DNA of 46,543 bases from a virus (IMGVR_UViG_3300003860_000009:1-46543); one strand, 5' to 3'. Shown: positions 27,236 through 41,700, counted from the first letter of the stretch. Notes: a model not told the origin generated them from the letters alone. Made by a program: numbers and translations.

Positions 27236-29749
27236 ATGCCGTTTAGTCCATATAGTACTCCATTACAATTTGAATATAAACCATTAGGTTTAGAGAGATT
27301 TGCTGAACCATTGGTTCAAATGCAAAAACAGTATGATGATTTATCTACTGATATTCAAAAACCTACTTATGCTATTCAATCACTACCTGGAACTGATGAA
27401 GCGAAAGCTAGTCTTCTTCAAGCACATTATGATAAGCAAAGAGATGAAATGGCTTCTAATCTTATTAAGAATAGAAATACAAGAGGTGTGGCTAAGCAAA
27501 TAGCAGAGTTAAATCAAATACACACTTCTCATCCTGAAATCCAAGCAATGCAAGGAAATCTTCAGAAATATCAAGAAGAAGCAAAAGTGCAAAAGAAAAG
27601 ACTTGAAGATGGAAAGATCAGTGAAGATGAGTACAATAAATACATGAGTAATGCTATAAGCAATTATGAAAGTAAGAAAGGATTAAATTATGATTATTCT
27701 ACTGGTACACATAATCCATTAAGTTTCAAATCATTGAGTGATGATTTACGTCCTGAAATGAATGAAAGGTTAGATGCTTTAACTAAAATGACAGCAGCTG
27801 ATAAAACAGCTTATGCTACTAGATTAGGTGTTGATATGAAATCACTTACTAGAGTAACTGCAACTGGTTCTCATGAATCTGTTACTGAAAATGAATTGAC
27901 TGATATATTAAGAGGTGCTATCATGTCAGATCCTCGTTATTTGAAATCTATTTCTGATAGAAAAGAACTTGATTTGGATTATTTAAAATATAATAATCCA
28001 GAAGCATACAATAGTGATATTAACAAGACATTAGAAAATACTCTTAGTAAAGCAGATACTCCAGAGTATCATGCTAAAATAGATGCTTTATTAGCAAACG
28101 GTACATCAGCAGAAAAAGAATGGGCAAAGAAATATATGAAATCTTCTATGTATTCTAATTTTGATTATGTGCAACAAATCAGAGAAGCTATTTCTAATGA
28201 TCCGTCATCTGCTGAAGGTATTGCTAGAAATTTAGCTGTTGATAATCATACTCAGAATTATGTTAATAAAATGATAAACCCTAATGTTAAAGCTGGTGCT
28301 TATGACAAATATGAAAAAGGTGTATCAGAAGCTAATCTAAGTGCTGCACAGTTAGGAAGTATGGGATTAGGTGAAGATGGTAAAATTATTAAAGATCCTG
28401 TAGCAAATGTTGTTCCGCTTAGTGAAACAACTCCTTTTACTATTGAATCATTCGATGAAAGTATGGGTAAAACTAGAGAAAATATGAAGAATATCGTTAA
28501 TACTCTTAATATTAATTCTAGTGTAGGGAAAGGCACTGGTGAATTTGGTAAAGTTTTTAAAAATGACTTTGATAAAGGAAATTACTATCAATTAGGTGAT
28601 GAATCTAAGAAAATATTACAAGCATTTGATAAGAGTGGTGGTAATAGTTTTGAGAAATTTAAAGCTAATTATAAAGGAAAAGCTAAACCTGAAGATTTAA
28701 AACAATTATATTGGAACTTAGCTACTGATCCAAATAAATTAACCAATTTTAAAAATGCTGCTGGTACAATGTCTGTATTATCAACAAAATTAAAAACAGA
28801 TGAAGGGATTAAACAACAAGTAATAAATAATTATAAACAAACTCCTGAGTATTCGGAAAAAGTTAAAAATGTTGTTGAACAATTAGAAGCAGATTATGAG
28901 TCTGCTAGAAGTGGTGCGGTGGAAACAGGAATGGAAAAAGAATTTACTCAAAAAAGTCCTTTAGCAATTGCTAAATCTTATGGTTTTAAAACATTAGAAG
29001 AAGCAGTTTACAATAGACCTGACCTTTTTGGTAAAAATGATTTATTCAAAGGTTTACAAACTAAAGCATATATGTCTGTATTTGAAATACAAGGTACTAC
29101 TGCTGTCGATAAAGCATTACAAGCCAACACAAATACTTATTTAAATCAAGTTGTTGGTCTTAAAGGTGAAAATCTAAGAGGAATGAAAGATCTTGATGGT
29201 AATGATCTTATGAGTAATGAAAAACTTAAAGGAGGATTTAAAGATGGTGAAGCTGCATTAGGTATGGATTCATACGGTCGTGTTGCAATAGTAGTACCTT
29301 ATAAATTGAAAGATGGTACTCGTATTAATCTTTATACTAAACCTAAACAAGGTATCGAATCTGATGGTAATTTAAACAGAATTGCTAAGAATATTTATAA
29401 TGCTGTATCGACTGAAGGTGCTAAACAATTTGCAGGAGAGTTGTTATTTAATATGGCACATCCGAATAATCCAGTTAATAATTTTTATATTGACCCATTA
29501 GAAACAACTTCTGATAAACCAATAGATGTTTATCAATTTCCTTTAAATGGAACACAAATTAAAATTGTAAAAGAATCGCGTAAAAAGTCTGGTTCAAGGC
29601 AAGATGAACAAGCTAATCAGTATTTTACAGTAAAAGCTTTGAGAAATGGTAACTGGGTTTCTGTTCCTGATCCTGAGACAGGTGTTGAAATAAGAACAGC
29701 AGATATTCATCTTATAAAAGCTAAACTTGGATCATTATATGCAGATTAA
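27236..29749 (+). CDS. Putative virion cargo/ejection protein 2
   Basis: 837 aa, helical, N-terminal ..Y.PL.......L..MQ.QYD; lies between cargo 1 and the virion RNAP. Confidence 0.55.
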   Translation: MPFSPYSTPLQFEYKPLGLERFAEPLVQMQKQYDDLSTDIQKPTYAIQSLPGTDEAKASLLQAHYDKQRDEMASNLIKNRNTRGVAKQIAELNQIHTSHPEIQAMQGNLQKYQEEAKVQKKRLEDGKISEDEYNKYMSNAISNYESKKGLNYDYSTGTHNPLSFKSLSDDLRPEMNERLDALTKMTAADKTAYATRLGVDMKSLTRVTATGSHESVTENELTDILRGAIMSDPRYLKSISDRKELDLDYLKYNNPEAYNSDINKTLENTLSKADTPEYHAKIDALLANGTSAEKEWAKKYMKSSMYSNFDYVQQIREAISNDPSSAEGIARNLAVDNHTQNYVNKMINPNVKAGAYDKYEKGVSEANLSAAQLGSMGLGEDGKIIKDPVANVVPLSETTPFTIESFDESMGKTRENMKNIVNTLNINSSVGKGTGEFGKVFKNDFDKGNYYQLGDESKKILQAFDKSGGNSFEKFKANYKGKAKPEDLKQLYWNLATDPNKLTNFKNAAGTMSVLSTKLKTDEGIKQQVINNYKQTPEYSEKVKNVVEQLEADYESARSGAVETGMEKEFTQKSPLAIAKSYGFKTLEEAVYNRPDLFGKNDLFKGLQTKAYMSVFEIQGTTAVDKALQANTNTYLNQVVGLKGENLRGMKDLDGNDLMSNEKLKGGFKDGEAALGMDSYGRVAIVVPYKLKDGTRINLYTKPKQGIESDGNLNRIAKNIYNAVSTEGAKQFAGELLFNMAHPNNPVNNFYIDPLETTSDKPIDVYQFPLNGTQIKIVKESRKKSGSRQDEQANQYFTVKALRNGNWVSVPDPETGVEIRTADIHLIKAKLGSLYAD

Positions 29750-29761
29750 TTAATTAAATAG

Positions 29762-29769
29762 TATATTTG
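29762..29769 (+). promoter_or_regulatory. Bacteroidota -7 promoter element
   Basis: TATATTTG, 28 nt before ATG 29790. Confidence 0.65.
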
Positions 29770-29789
29770 TAAAAAGATACTATTTAATT

Positions 29790-32700
29790 ATGGCAAAAGT
29801 AAATAAACCAGCGAAACTAACATCGTTAGATGAAATCATCAGATTAAATAAAATTGACCAAGCTAAAGAGAACGAAGGTGGAGGTGCTATTAATAAAATA
29901 TTAGGACCTACTCCTGAACAAGGTATATCTCATCAGTCAACATATAAACCTATCGCTCCTTCAGAAACTCAAACAATGTTCGATGAAGGTTATATTTCTG
30001 AAGAAGTTAGAAATAGTGGTGAATTTAGTTTAGATGATCTTCATAAGATAGCTGCTAGAGAACAAGGTTTTGCTGATTCATTTATGCAAGCTTCTCAAAG
30101 AGTTGCTTTAAACATTGTTCCTCAGATTGTTGGTGGTTTTGCTTCAATGCTTGATATTCCTGGTTATTTCGATGCTGAACATGGTGCTACTAATTCTATT
30201 GTCAATGCTGTAGCTGATTGGGAAGAATATGTAAATAAAGATATTGCTCCAATATATAGAGAGAATCCTAATAAGCCAATGGATTTTGGTGATTCTGCTT
30301 GGTGGTTTGAAAATGGTGCTGGGTTAGCAACTTCAGTAGGTTCATTTCTTGCTCAAGGTATGGGTGCTGGTACTATTGTAAAAGGTGCTGGGATGCTTGC
30401 TAAGGCTTCTAAAGTTGGTGGATTAGCTAAGTTAGGTATGAGTGCTAAAAATATAGCAGGAGTGAGTCAAGGAGCAAGTGCATTATTAACTGCTACAATG
30501 TTGAATCAATCTGAATCTACAATCAGTGCTACTCAAGTATATAATTCAACAATGGATCATTGGTTGAATGAAGGATATTCTGTTGACCATGCTAAAAAAC
30601 AAGCTGCTACTGCTGCTGCAACTACCTATAATATCAATCGTGCAAATATTTTATTGAATCTTTCTTCAGCTAATTTATTTCTTCAACCAATGTCGTTAAC
30701 TCGACAATTGTTAAAACCAGGTTCTATTGGTTCATCTTTAATGGAATTAGGAAAAGAAGCTGGTCAAGAAGGACTTGAGGAAATCATCAATACTGTAGGT
30801 GAACAAGCTGGTAAAGCTCACGGTAAAGGAGAAAAGTATGGAATGAAAGAACTTGGTGATACTATTACTAGTCCTGAAGCAATGGAAGCTGCACTTTTAG
30901 GTGCTGTGGGAGGTATTGTTCAAACAGGTGGTCAAAAAGCTCTTAGACATACTAAATTTGCTCCTTCTGCTCAAATAGATGCTGATGGAAATAAAGTGTC
31001 AGCAAGTCAATTTGAAAAAGATAGATATAATCATCAACAAATATTCATTCAAAATACGAAAGATAATGGTGTTGATATTGCTGAATCTTTTACAAATATG
31101 AAGAAACAAGTTGAACTTCAGAAAGATGTTCAGAATGCTAGCAAGCTTGTTAAAAATGATGAAAATCAAAAAAAATATGATGAATCACAACAAAAATTAT
31201 TCATGAATACATTTTTACAAGCTGCTAAATATGGTGCTGTTGAAATATTAGAAAATTTAATTAAAGCAAGTAAATCAGATACTGATACTGTTGGTGATAA
31301 AGGGGTTACAGATGAGCATATCAAACAAGGATTAGCTAGGTTGAAAGTATTGGAAAATGTATATAACAACTACGAAGGATATTCTAATTTAGAAGATATA
31401 TTTATCAATCGTGTTAATGATATTTATAATACCGAAAATTTAAAAATGACTAATGATCAGTTAATGACTGATAGAATTAAAGTTGATGAAGCTGCTAAAA
31501 TAATTGCTAAAAAACATACTCATTATTCTGATGAATTTGTGTCTAATGATAAAACTAAATCAGGATTATCATCAAGAACAATTAAACGTCCTATGAGTTA
31601 TTCATTGGACTCTGTATTAGAAGGAGATGAAAATGATAATTTACATAATGATTTTTCAACAGAACATGGTAAATTAAATAATGAAAATGAAAAATCATTT
31701 CTTAAAGAATTAAGAAATACTCCTGAGTATATTCAATATGAGAAAACTAAAAATGAATTAGTAGAATATGAAAATATTAAAACTAATGAAGAAACAGGAC
31801 TAGATGTTCAATTCTTACATTTAAAATCACCAAAAGCACAAGAAGAATATAATAAAAAGCAAGAAAACCAAGCTCAAAGAGAAGCTGATAAAAAAGTAAT
31901 TTTAGATGATAAAACTTCTATTGCAGATTTAGAGAAAATAGCTAGTGAATCTAAAGATAAAGATATTAAAGATGCTGCTAATGAAGCTGTTGCTGAAAAG
32001 AAAGTAAAACAAGCTGAGGTTATTCAGAAAAAGAAAGATGATGTTATTTATAACAAACATGCTTTCAACATTGTGAAATCGACAGACACTGATGAATTAG
32101 ATTCTATTGGCTCAGATATATCAAATTCCACAGAAATATCTGATGGTTTAAAAACAAGACTTCTTCAATCTATTGAAAGAAGAAAACATGATTTAGAAAA
32201 TGGTACTAATCTTTCTGATAAAGTTGTTGAAACATCTAACAATGATTTAGAAGATATTGATATTGCTGATAAATCTACAAATAGTGGTTTACCAACTGAT
32301 TTTAATTCTACTGAAGTAGAAAAGAATATTATCAATGAAGTTGAAGAATTAGCAAAGAAGATAATTGAAAATGAACAATCTCCTTTGGTTAGTGAGAAAG
32401 GTGGTGTTGTTTGGAGTTTTGGTAAAACTACAGAAGGTCATAATAGAGGTGCTTATCAAGGTAGAAACTTTGTACAAATCAATGGTAAAGGTGTAGTTAC
32501 TCGTGAAGAAATTACAAATGAATTGAATGATGTAAATCCTGATATTCTAAATCCAGATAAATTAAAAGCTGGTCATAAAATCAAACTTGTAGAAGATTTT
32601 GATTATGATGGAATGGTTTATGATTCTACTTCCAATACAAAAGGAGAGATTAAATGGTCTGATCGTAAGAAACAAATTGCAAATGATTCAGAAACACTTC

Positions 32701-35700
32701 AAAATGAAACTCCAATAGTTGCCATAGATATTTCTACTGGTAAAAAGTTATTCTATGTCCATGACATTAATTGGATGACTGCTGAAAATATTGATTCTAC
32801 TTCTGAAGAATTATATAACGATATTCAATCATTGAAAGCAGTTCGTGCTAAAGTACTTGCTAGTGGATCTGAAGGTGTTGAAACAAAGATTAATAAAAAG
32901 ACTTCTGGAATATTATTCAAGACAGTAGACAACAAATCTATAGCTCTTTCTGAAGCAATGCCTGATGAAAAACTTATCATGGTAATTGGAAAGGATGGAA
33001 ATTATATTGGAACTAATATTGAGAATGATAAAATAATTGGTAGTGATAACATTAAAAATGGTTATGGTTACGCTATTGTACCTGTAGGAGACAAATTCAT
33101 GGCTGTTCCATTGGAAAGAACTACATTATCTCCAGAAGTTGTCGAAACAGTTGTGCAAGCAGTAAAAGCACATTTTGAAAATGATGATAAAATTGTTCAA
33201 GCAATTGCTGGTTCTACTGGTGATGATATTTCTACTCTTACAGGATTAGCTAACTACCTACGTAAATTTACTTACTTATTTCCAATTCAAGGAAATGGTA
33301 GTTTGAAACAAATTATTGCAAATTCTACAAAAGAGTTTGATTCATCTAATCATTTATTAAGTATTACTGGTAATGGTATTGAATTTGCTAAACCTAATAA
33401 ATCAGGATCATTTAGATTTATTTCAAAAAATGTACTTGAATCTATAAGTAATATAGATGAAACACTTAATAAATTAAGAATACATTTAAGTGGTTCACTT
33501 TCGAATATTGAAAAAGTTGCTTTACAGAAAAAAGAAAACATCTCTACTATCAATGAGAATGGTGAATTAACTACAATACCATACAGAGATCATATTAAAA
33601 AATCTCATAAAACTAATGTGCTTTCTGCTAAAATAGAAACAGAGAATGGAGATAAATATGTTTATACTTATCAACAAGGAATTACTTTCGATACAACTTT
33701 TGCTGATGTTTCTAATGTTGGTAAAATAGATAATAATGTTTCTGAAAAAATAGAAGAACTCAATATACAAATTAATAAATTAGAAGAACTAAGAAGTATT
33801 ACATTTAAAAGAATTTTTGGAAATAGTTTAGAACTTGTTGAAACAAGTATTCGAGACAATACAGATATTGTTTTACAAACAACAGGTGTAAATATTTATA
33901 GTGATTTTATAGAACCTTATAAAGTAGATTTTGCAAATATTAAGAAAATTTTTAACGGTGTCAATAATTCTTATGACATAGAACTAAATTCTTATAAAGA
34001 AGAATTAGCCGCTTTAAAACCTTTAATATCTTCTCAAGTTTCTACAGAAGCATTTATTGTAAATAAACATATACAACAAGTTTCCAATATAGAATCTAAA
34101 GAAGATGTTATAATAAGAAGAAAACAAGAAGAATTGAGTAACTTAACAACTGGCTTAATAAGTGGAGCAAATATAATTTATAAGCAGTTAAATGAAAATA
34201 AAATTTATGTTGCATCAAAAGGACAATATGCATATTATGTAAATAGAAATGGAACAGCTAATCCACCAGTTGACTTTCAAGGTGAAGTTGTTGCTGTATC
34301 TAACAATGGATATAAAGTAAAAAAATCAGATGGTTCAATTTCTAATTGGATAAACTATAAAACAACAATGGATAGGGGAGCAACTTCATATAATATGTTC
34401 TCAAAGGTTAAATTAATAGAAGCTAATAAAACTGAGATACAAAAATTAAAATCAGAAATAACTGCTTTAAAAGCTATTCAATCTCAAGTATCTATCAATG
34501 CATCTGTTGAAGAAATAGAATCTAAAGCTCAAACAATTGCTGATAACATCAATGAATATTCTATTGATAGACTACTAGAACAAATAAAAGATTTAGAAGG
34601 AGGTCATTATAATGAATTTCAAGAAAACTTCATGACTCCTCTTACGGATTCTGAAGTAGTTGATTTAATTGCTATTCGTAAACGTGCTATTGCAATTCGT
34701 AATGAACAAGCAGATAAACCAGTAATTCCAGTTAAAAGAACTTTATCTGATGGTGAAATCTTTGAAATCAAAGAAGATGATGTTGATATTTCAGATAATG
34801 ATTTAGATGAATATGCTGATGATTTACCTAAAGTTTCAGAAGGTACTGAGAATGCTTTATCTACAGAACTTGATAGATTGCAAATTAGAGGATTACTTCC
34901 AGATCAACAACAATCTTTAATTAATTATATTTCATCAACTATTAATGATGAAGCAATTAAATTAAAAAATATTAATCCAAAAGGTAAATTAGATACAACA
35001 CCAATCTTTGAACAAAAGAAAAAAGCATTAGAGGAAAGAGCTGAAGGGTATAGATCTAGTAATATGCCTAATAAAGCTGCTAAAATTGATTTGATTCTTG
35101 CTCAGTTTGATAAAGTTAAACAACTTACCAATGAACATATTAATTTAATGACTACTGGTAAAGTTTCTGATACTGAAATTAATGATGATTCTATTGATTC
35201 TGAAGAAGTTTCTGGAGGAAGTGAGAATACTACTCATTCAGATGATTGGACATTAACTACAGACTCTAAAATGACTGCTTCTATTGAAGTAAAACAATTT
35301 CTGAGTTTTATTGAAATTAAAGAAAATGGATTAACTAAAATGAATGATCTAGGTTTCCCTGAAGTTATTCTTTTTGATAAAGCATACAATACATTACATG
35401 AAATATTACAAGGACTTCCTGCTGACTATGAGCAATTAGAAAATAGAATGATTGCCTATACTGAGTTTTTTCCTTGGATTCAAACAGTTATTGAAAAATT
35501 AGATAATGCTCCAGATAATGTGAAAAATGGATTTGTTTCTGATATGACTAAACATGCTATCAAAATGCGTTTTGTTATGTGGACACAACATCCTAATGGT
35601 TCATATTCACTTGTCGATCAAGATGCTAATTCTACTTCTATACAGAAACAATTGATTGCTCATTGGAGTGCTAATATCAAAACTGCTGATAATCCTAGAA

Positions 35701-38700
35701 GTATTGTTACAGTTGATAAAGATGGTAATCATGTATTTGATAAAGAAAAAGCTGAATTGATTATCAAACAAGTTGAAGAATGGAAAGATGGAATTAAAGA
35801 AACCACTCCAGATATTGAATCTGTAAAAAGTTGGTTAAGTGCTTTTGGTATTATATTAAATCCTAGAACTTTAAAAGATTTACAAGATGGTAAGTTTAGA
35901 AATAATGGTAAAGTATCTTATACAGGATTGTTTACTCAAAGTAATGGTTTAATTAATGTTCTTTCTGGAAAATTAAAATCTGCTGTTGATTCTAAAGCTA
36001 CATTGGAGGATGTCAAAATTCTTAACGATACTGTTATAAAATCATTAGCAACGATGAATGCTTTATATGAATCTAATGTATTCAGTAATTCATTCAATGC
36101 TGGAGGTAAAACAATCTATTCATTTACCAATAATAAATTTGTAGTAAACAGAGTACGTGATTTATCTGCAACTGATGCTGAAGGTAATTTGGTAAACACT
36201 AAGCTAATAGAAGATTTACAAAATATATCTTTTACTCAGCATAGTTTATGGTTGAAAGATTTGACTTCTGAAGATAAAGCATTAGCAATTGCTTTCAGAG
36301 AACAATTAGGAGTTGATTACTTATCATTAGAAGCATTGAAAAAACAATTTACATCTTCTAAAGATAATCGTAAATTAAATAATTTAAATGAAGATGAACA
36401 TGAAGTAATTAAACTTGCTTTATTCTTCAATAATTCTGGAACAATTTACGATGGTGAAACTCGTAGAAAAGTATCATACTTCTATCCTACAATGTCAGAT
36501 AAGAGTTCTATGATGATTATGAACAGTTTATCTAATGAAGTTTCATTGAATGTAGATGGTTCATTATCTGCTAAATCACTTGATAAATTATATGAAGCAT
36601 TAGTACTTCCAGAAATACAACGAATAGTTTCTAAACAAGCAACTACTATAAATGGCTACAATCCAAATGCTTTCTATTTTGTACCAACACTGAATACTAA
36701 AACAGTAGAAGTTGGTGAAGAAACTAAAACTATCTTGGAATACATCAAAGAAGGTAGATTGGATGAAGTCAGAGGTGATATACAAGAAGAAGTTAAAGTA
36801 TTGTTTGAAAAACTACTTGCTGATAAAAAAGCTGATTGGTCACGTTTAGGAATTGGTAAAATTGATAAAGATGGTCATTCATTCCTTAGTGGTGATTATA
36901 TGCTGAATGTAGCTAAAGGAACAAAGGAAACTAAAATTAATTACGCTGCTAGTGATTTTCTATTTAATAGTTTGATTTCTAATTCTGAAGCATTCAAACT
37001 TATCATTGGAGATCCAGCACAATACTCAAAATTCAAAAATGGTAAATCTATTGAAGCGAATCTGGAAGAAAGTTTTATCAACATTGGAAAAAGATTGGCA
37101 GGAGATATAGCTCCTGGAGTTGAACTTGCTAATGCTGAAAATAACAAATACTATCAAGTATTTTTGAACGATAAGAAACTTACTAGTAAAGCGTATGATA
37201 ATAAAATTCAAGAAAATCTAAGTCCTGAAGTAAAAGCTAAATATGGTCTTGATAAAGAAGGAAAAGCTAGTATTGAAGGTTCTGATGCACAAGAGTATAC
37301 TACTTGGAAAGAACACCTATATGTAATGAAACAGTTAGGTAAATTGACTGATTTACAGTTTAAAAGAATCACTGATAGATTGACTCAAAAGTTAGGTTTA
37401 TCATTTGAAGATTTACAAACTGTTCTTCAACCAATGAAACCTGTATATGTAGGAAATCAAGCAGATAGAAATGAGAATATAGATCGTAGAATTTATATCA
37501 AATCTTCTAGTTTCCCATTAATTCCTCAGTTAACAAAAGGAATGGAAATTGATAAAATTAGAATCGGGTTAGAAAATTTTGAAAATTCTAACGAACATGG
37601 AGCAACTGTAAGAGCTTCTTTCAATACTGCCAATAAAGTTGGTCTTATCAAAGATTCAGTAGATGTATTCGATGATAATGGTAATGTTATCGATGGATTT
37701 GAAGTAACTGAAAAGAATACTTTATACCTTGAAAGAAAGAACTTCAGAATACAGCAAGAAGTTCCTTACAATCACGAAAAAGAAGCTATTAATATTGGTA
37801 CTCAAGAACGTAAGTTATTGTTTAATAATATATTAGACATGAAAGGTTTCAAACTTGATGGTAAAGAACATACTGGAGAATCTTTGAAAGAAATTTACGA
37901 TCAAACATATAAGGAAATGTTTGAGTACAAAAAGAAACAATTATCTGAAAGATTAGGAATTACTGATTCTGGAAACATACCAGTGACTAACCTTAGAGAT
38001 ATTCTAGTGGCTGAAGTAAAGAGTCGTCAGGGTTATCCTTTGAATATTCTTTCATCATTAGAATTGAATGCTCAAGGAACTGATTTTAAAATACCATTAT
38101 GGGCAAGTCCTTACGCTGATAAATTCGAAAGTTTATTAACAGGGGTTATTAATAATGGAATTATCAAGCAAAAATTCAATGGTCATTCTTATATTTTAGG
38201 TTCTGAGGAAGGGTTTAAAATCAAAAAGGATGCTACTGAAGAAGATTTTTCTCAATCAGGAATAGTATTTACTGATTCATTTGATGCAAAGAAAGGATTA
38301 CAACCAATGAGATTTGATTCTAATGGTAAACTTCTTCCTGCTCAAATAATGATCCCATTCAACTTTAAAAACAAAGATGAAAATGGTAAAAAATTATCAT
38401 TAAAAGATTTTGTTAAAGATGGTCCTAATGGTAGAAAAACTATAGATTTAGATAAAATTGATCCAAAAATATTACAGTTATTTGGATTCCGTATTCCTAC
38501 ACAGGGACACAATTCCATGAGTACAGTTGAAATAGTAGGTTTCCTACCTGAAGAATCGGGAGATTTGATGCTAGCACCTAGAGATTTCACTGTACAAATG
38601 GGATCTGATTTTGATGTTGATAAAATGTACAGTTACATGTATAATGTTCAATTACAAGATGGAAAATTAATTACTGAGTTTGAAGATGGATCAATAGAAA

Positions 38701-41700
38701 CATTACAAAATAAAGTATTGGATATTCATCATTCAGTTCTAGCAAATACTGATCCTGAAATGATTCGTTTCATAATGCAACCAGATTCATTTGGTGAATT
38801 TGAAAAATTAGCTGCTGATGTTTATGGTTTCCGTAAAGAATCTGGGAAAGTTGAAAACACAGTTACTATTCTTTCTGATTCTTATCAACGTAATAAATAT
38901 ATCAATGCTACTGCAGGTAAGGATGGTTGTTTAGGATATGGTACAAAAGTATTAATGTTTAATGGAAAATTTAAAGAAGTTCAAGATATTATTATAGGAG
39001 ATCAATTAATGGGTATCGATAGTTCTCCTAGAAATGTATTAGAATTAAAAAGAGGAGTTGAGCAAATGTATATTGTTAAACAAAATAAAGGTATTGATTA
39101 TCGTGTAAATGAATCTCATATTCTATCATTGAAACAAACATTTCAAGCTCAATATCACCAACCTCAATTTAATAAGATTAGAACAGTTGATAAATCAATA
39201 ATGTTAAAACCAAAAAGAATTGAAACTTTAAATATTAAAGTTTCTGATTATAATAATTCTATTAAAAATTTAAAGAAAACAACTAAAGGATATAAATCAG
39301 AAGGTATTGATTTCAAAGAAGAAAAACTATCAATAGATCCTTATTATATAGGGTTATGGTTAGGTGATGGTGTTACAAAAGATATTCAAGAAATAGCTAC
39401 TATTGACGAACCTATCAGAAATTACCTAAGTAATAATTATGGTATAAAAAGTGAATATGGTCCTAATAATATTTCAAAAAGAGTTTATCCTGATAAACTT
39501 AATGAAAATTTTAAATTAATTTTTAATGTTAGTAAACCTGGATTATTACCAAGAGGAAAGCATATTCCTGATTGTTATTTATATAATTCTAAAGAAAATA
39601 GATTAAAATTATTAGCAGGATTGATTGATTCCGATGGTCACTATTGTAAGATTAATAAACAATATACTTTTAGTAACATTAATGAAACTTTAATCAATCA
39701 AGTTGCTTTCTTAACAAGAAGTCTTGGTTTTTATACATGTATTTATAAAACGGAATCTAAAATTTCTAAAAGAGGAATGACTGAACAAATTTGTTATAAA
39801 GTTAATTTTGTAGCAGAATGTGATATACCAGTATTATTAGAAAGAAAGAGACGATTATCTAATTCTAATTTTAAAAATAAATTACATACAGGAATTACAT
39901 TAGAGAAAGATATAGTTGATAATTATTATGGATTTGCTTTAGACGGTGATCATTTATTTATGTTAGAAGATTTAACAATTACACACAATACAGGTAACTT
40001 CTCTTTGGATTCTACTTTCAATGCTATTATTCAAGGAAAAGATTTAGTTTACTATGAAGGAGAATCACCAATTAAACCTGGTACATATGCTGAATTAATT
40101 TCTACAAATCTTTCTAAATTTACTTTTGGTAATATTACTTCTCGTGGTGATCTTTCGAATAAATATACTTTGAAATCTCAAGCATTATTGAAAAGAGGAA
40201 ATCTTACAAAAGAAGAAAAGTTAAGTTTGAAATTGAAATCTTCAGTTATTCAAGGATTACAATCTTCTGCAGTAGATAATGAGAAAGCTCAAATACTTGA
40301 TAAGTTAAATATCAATTCTACTACTTTTGATGTTATTCGTGCGATGACTCAATTAGGATTTGAAGAAGATGAAATAGTTGGATTACTTACTCAAGATATT
40401 ATCTGGGAGTATGTATCAACCATGAAATCTTCTAATTCTTCATTAGTTGGGTTTACTCCTGATGCTGTTGAAAAATTTAAATTTATAACGGAAGCTAAAT
40501 ATGATCCTAACCGTAGAATGTTAGAAGAATCTTTCAAGAAATCTGATTACGATAAAGAATCAGGGATTGAATTACTTGGTAAATTATCAACTCCTCAATT
40601 AATCGATAGTCAAGAAACATTAGATTCTAATATCACACAATTAGTATTACTTGATAAATTCTTAAAATTAGCAGAAGTTGGTAAAGCGATTAAAAGTGTT
40701 CAATCTGCTATCAATACTGAATCATCAGGTCTTCCTAAAAACTTACTTGAAACATCTAGTAAAGTTGAACAGATACATAAGTTAGGAAGTGGTCCAATTG
40801 CAAATGCTTCTGATTTGTTAGGTAATTATAAAGATAAAAAATTAATAGAACCTACAACAATCAATGGATTTGCTGCTTATCATGGTGCTATATTTGCAAA
40901 TGGAATTTATGCTAAATATTTCCCATATGTCAATAAAGGATTCAATAAACAATATGATGAATTATTAGAACATCAAGGTGCAAGTGAAGGATCTCAATCA
41001 AAACTAATCGATGTTAAAATATCAATGTATAAGGAAATGAAATCATTCTTTTATACTAAATCTGATTTGGGATTATACGATGGTAATTTAGCATCTGAGC
41101 AATCAAGATTATTTATTGATAGTGCTAACAATAAATCTTTAGCAACTATTTTGAAAACATTATCTGAAAAGAAATGGTTCAAGACTAATAATTTCTTGAA
41201 TAAATTAGCATTTAATGTTAATCAAAATGGACTTGCTTCTAAAGTTGAGTTTATGGCTTCTGCTGGAGAGAATTATGATGAAAGGTCTATCTATATTGGA
41301 TTCCTTAAATTACTCGATGATAATGCTTCTATTGGCTCATTCAATGGTGTTGAGTACACAACAAGATCATTAGCTCAAGATTTAATTGCTTATGCTTTCT
41401 TGGAAGGTGGTCAACAAGGTGCTAAACAATTCTTGAAATATGTACCAGTAGAATATCTAAAAGGTATGGGATTCGGTGAAGGATTAAATTCTGTAGGTTT
41501 TGATTATGAAGATGATTTTGGTGGTAATGGAGATGTTTATATAAGTCCCTCTAAGTTCACCATTCAATATTTCCAAAACAATCCTGAGAAGGCTAAAAAG
41601 ATAGATGTTTCAGAAATCAAAAATTATGATGGAAAAATAGAGACTTTAGATAGTTTTAGATTAAGTAATCCCGAAAGTAATTTTGTATCATACCAAAACG

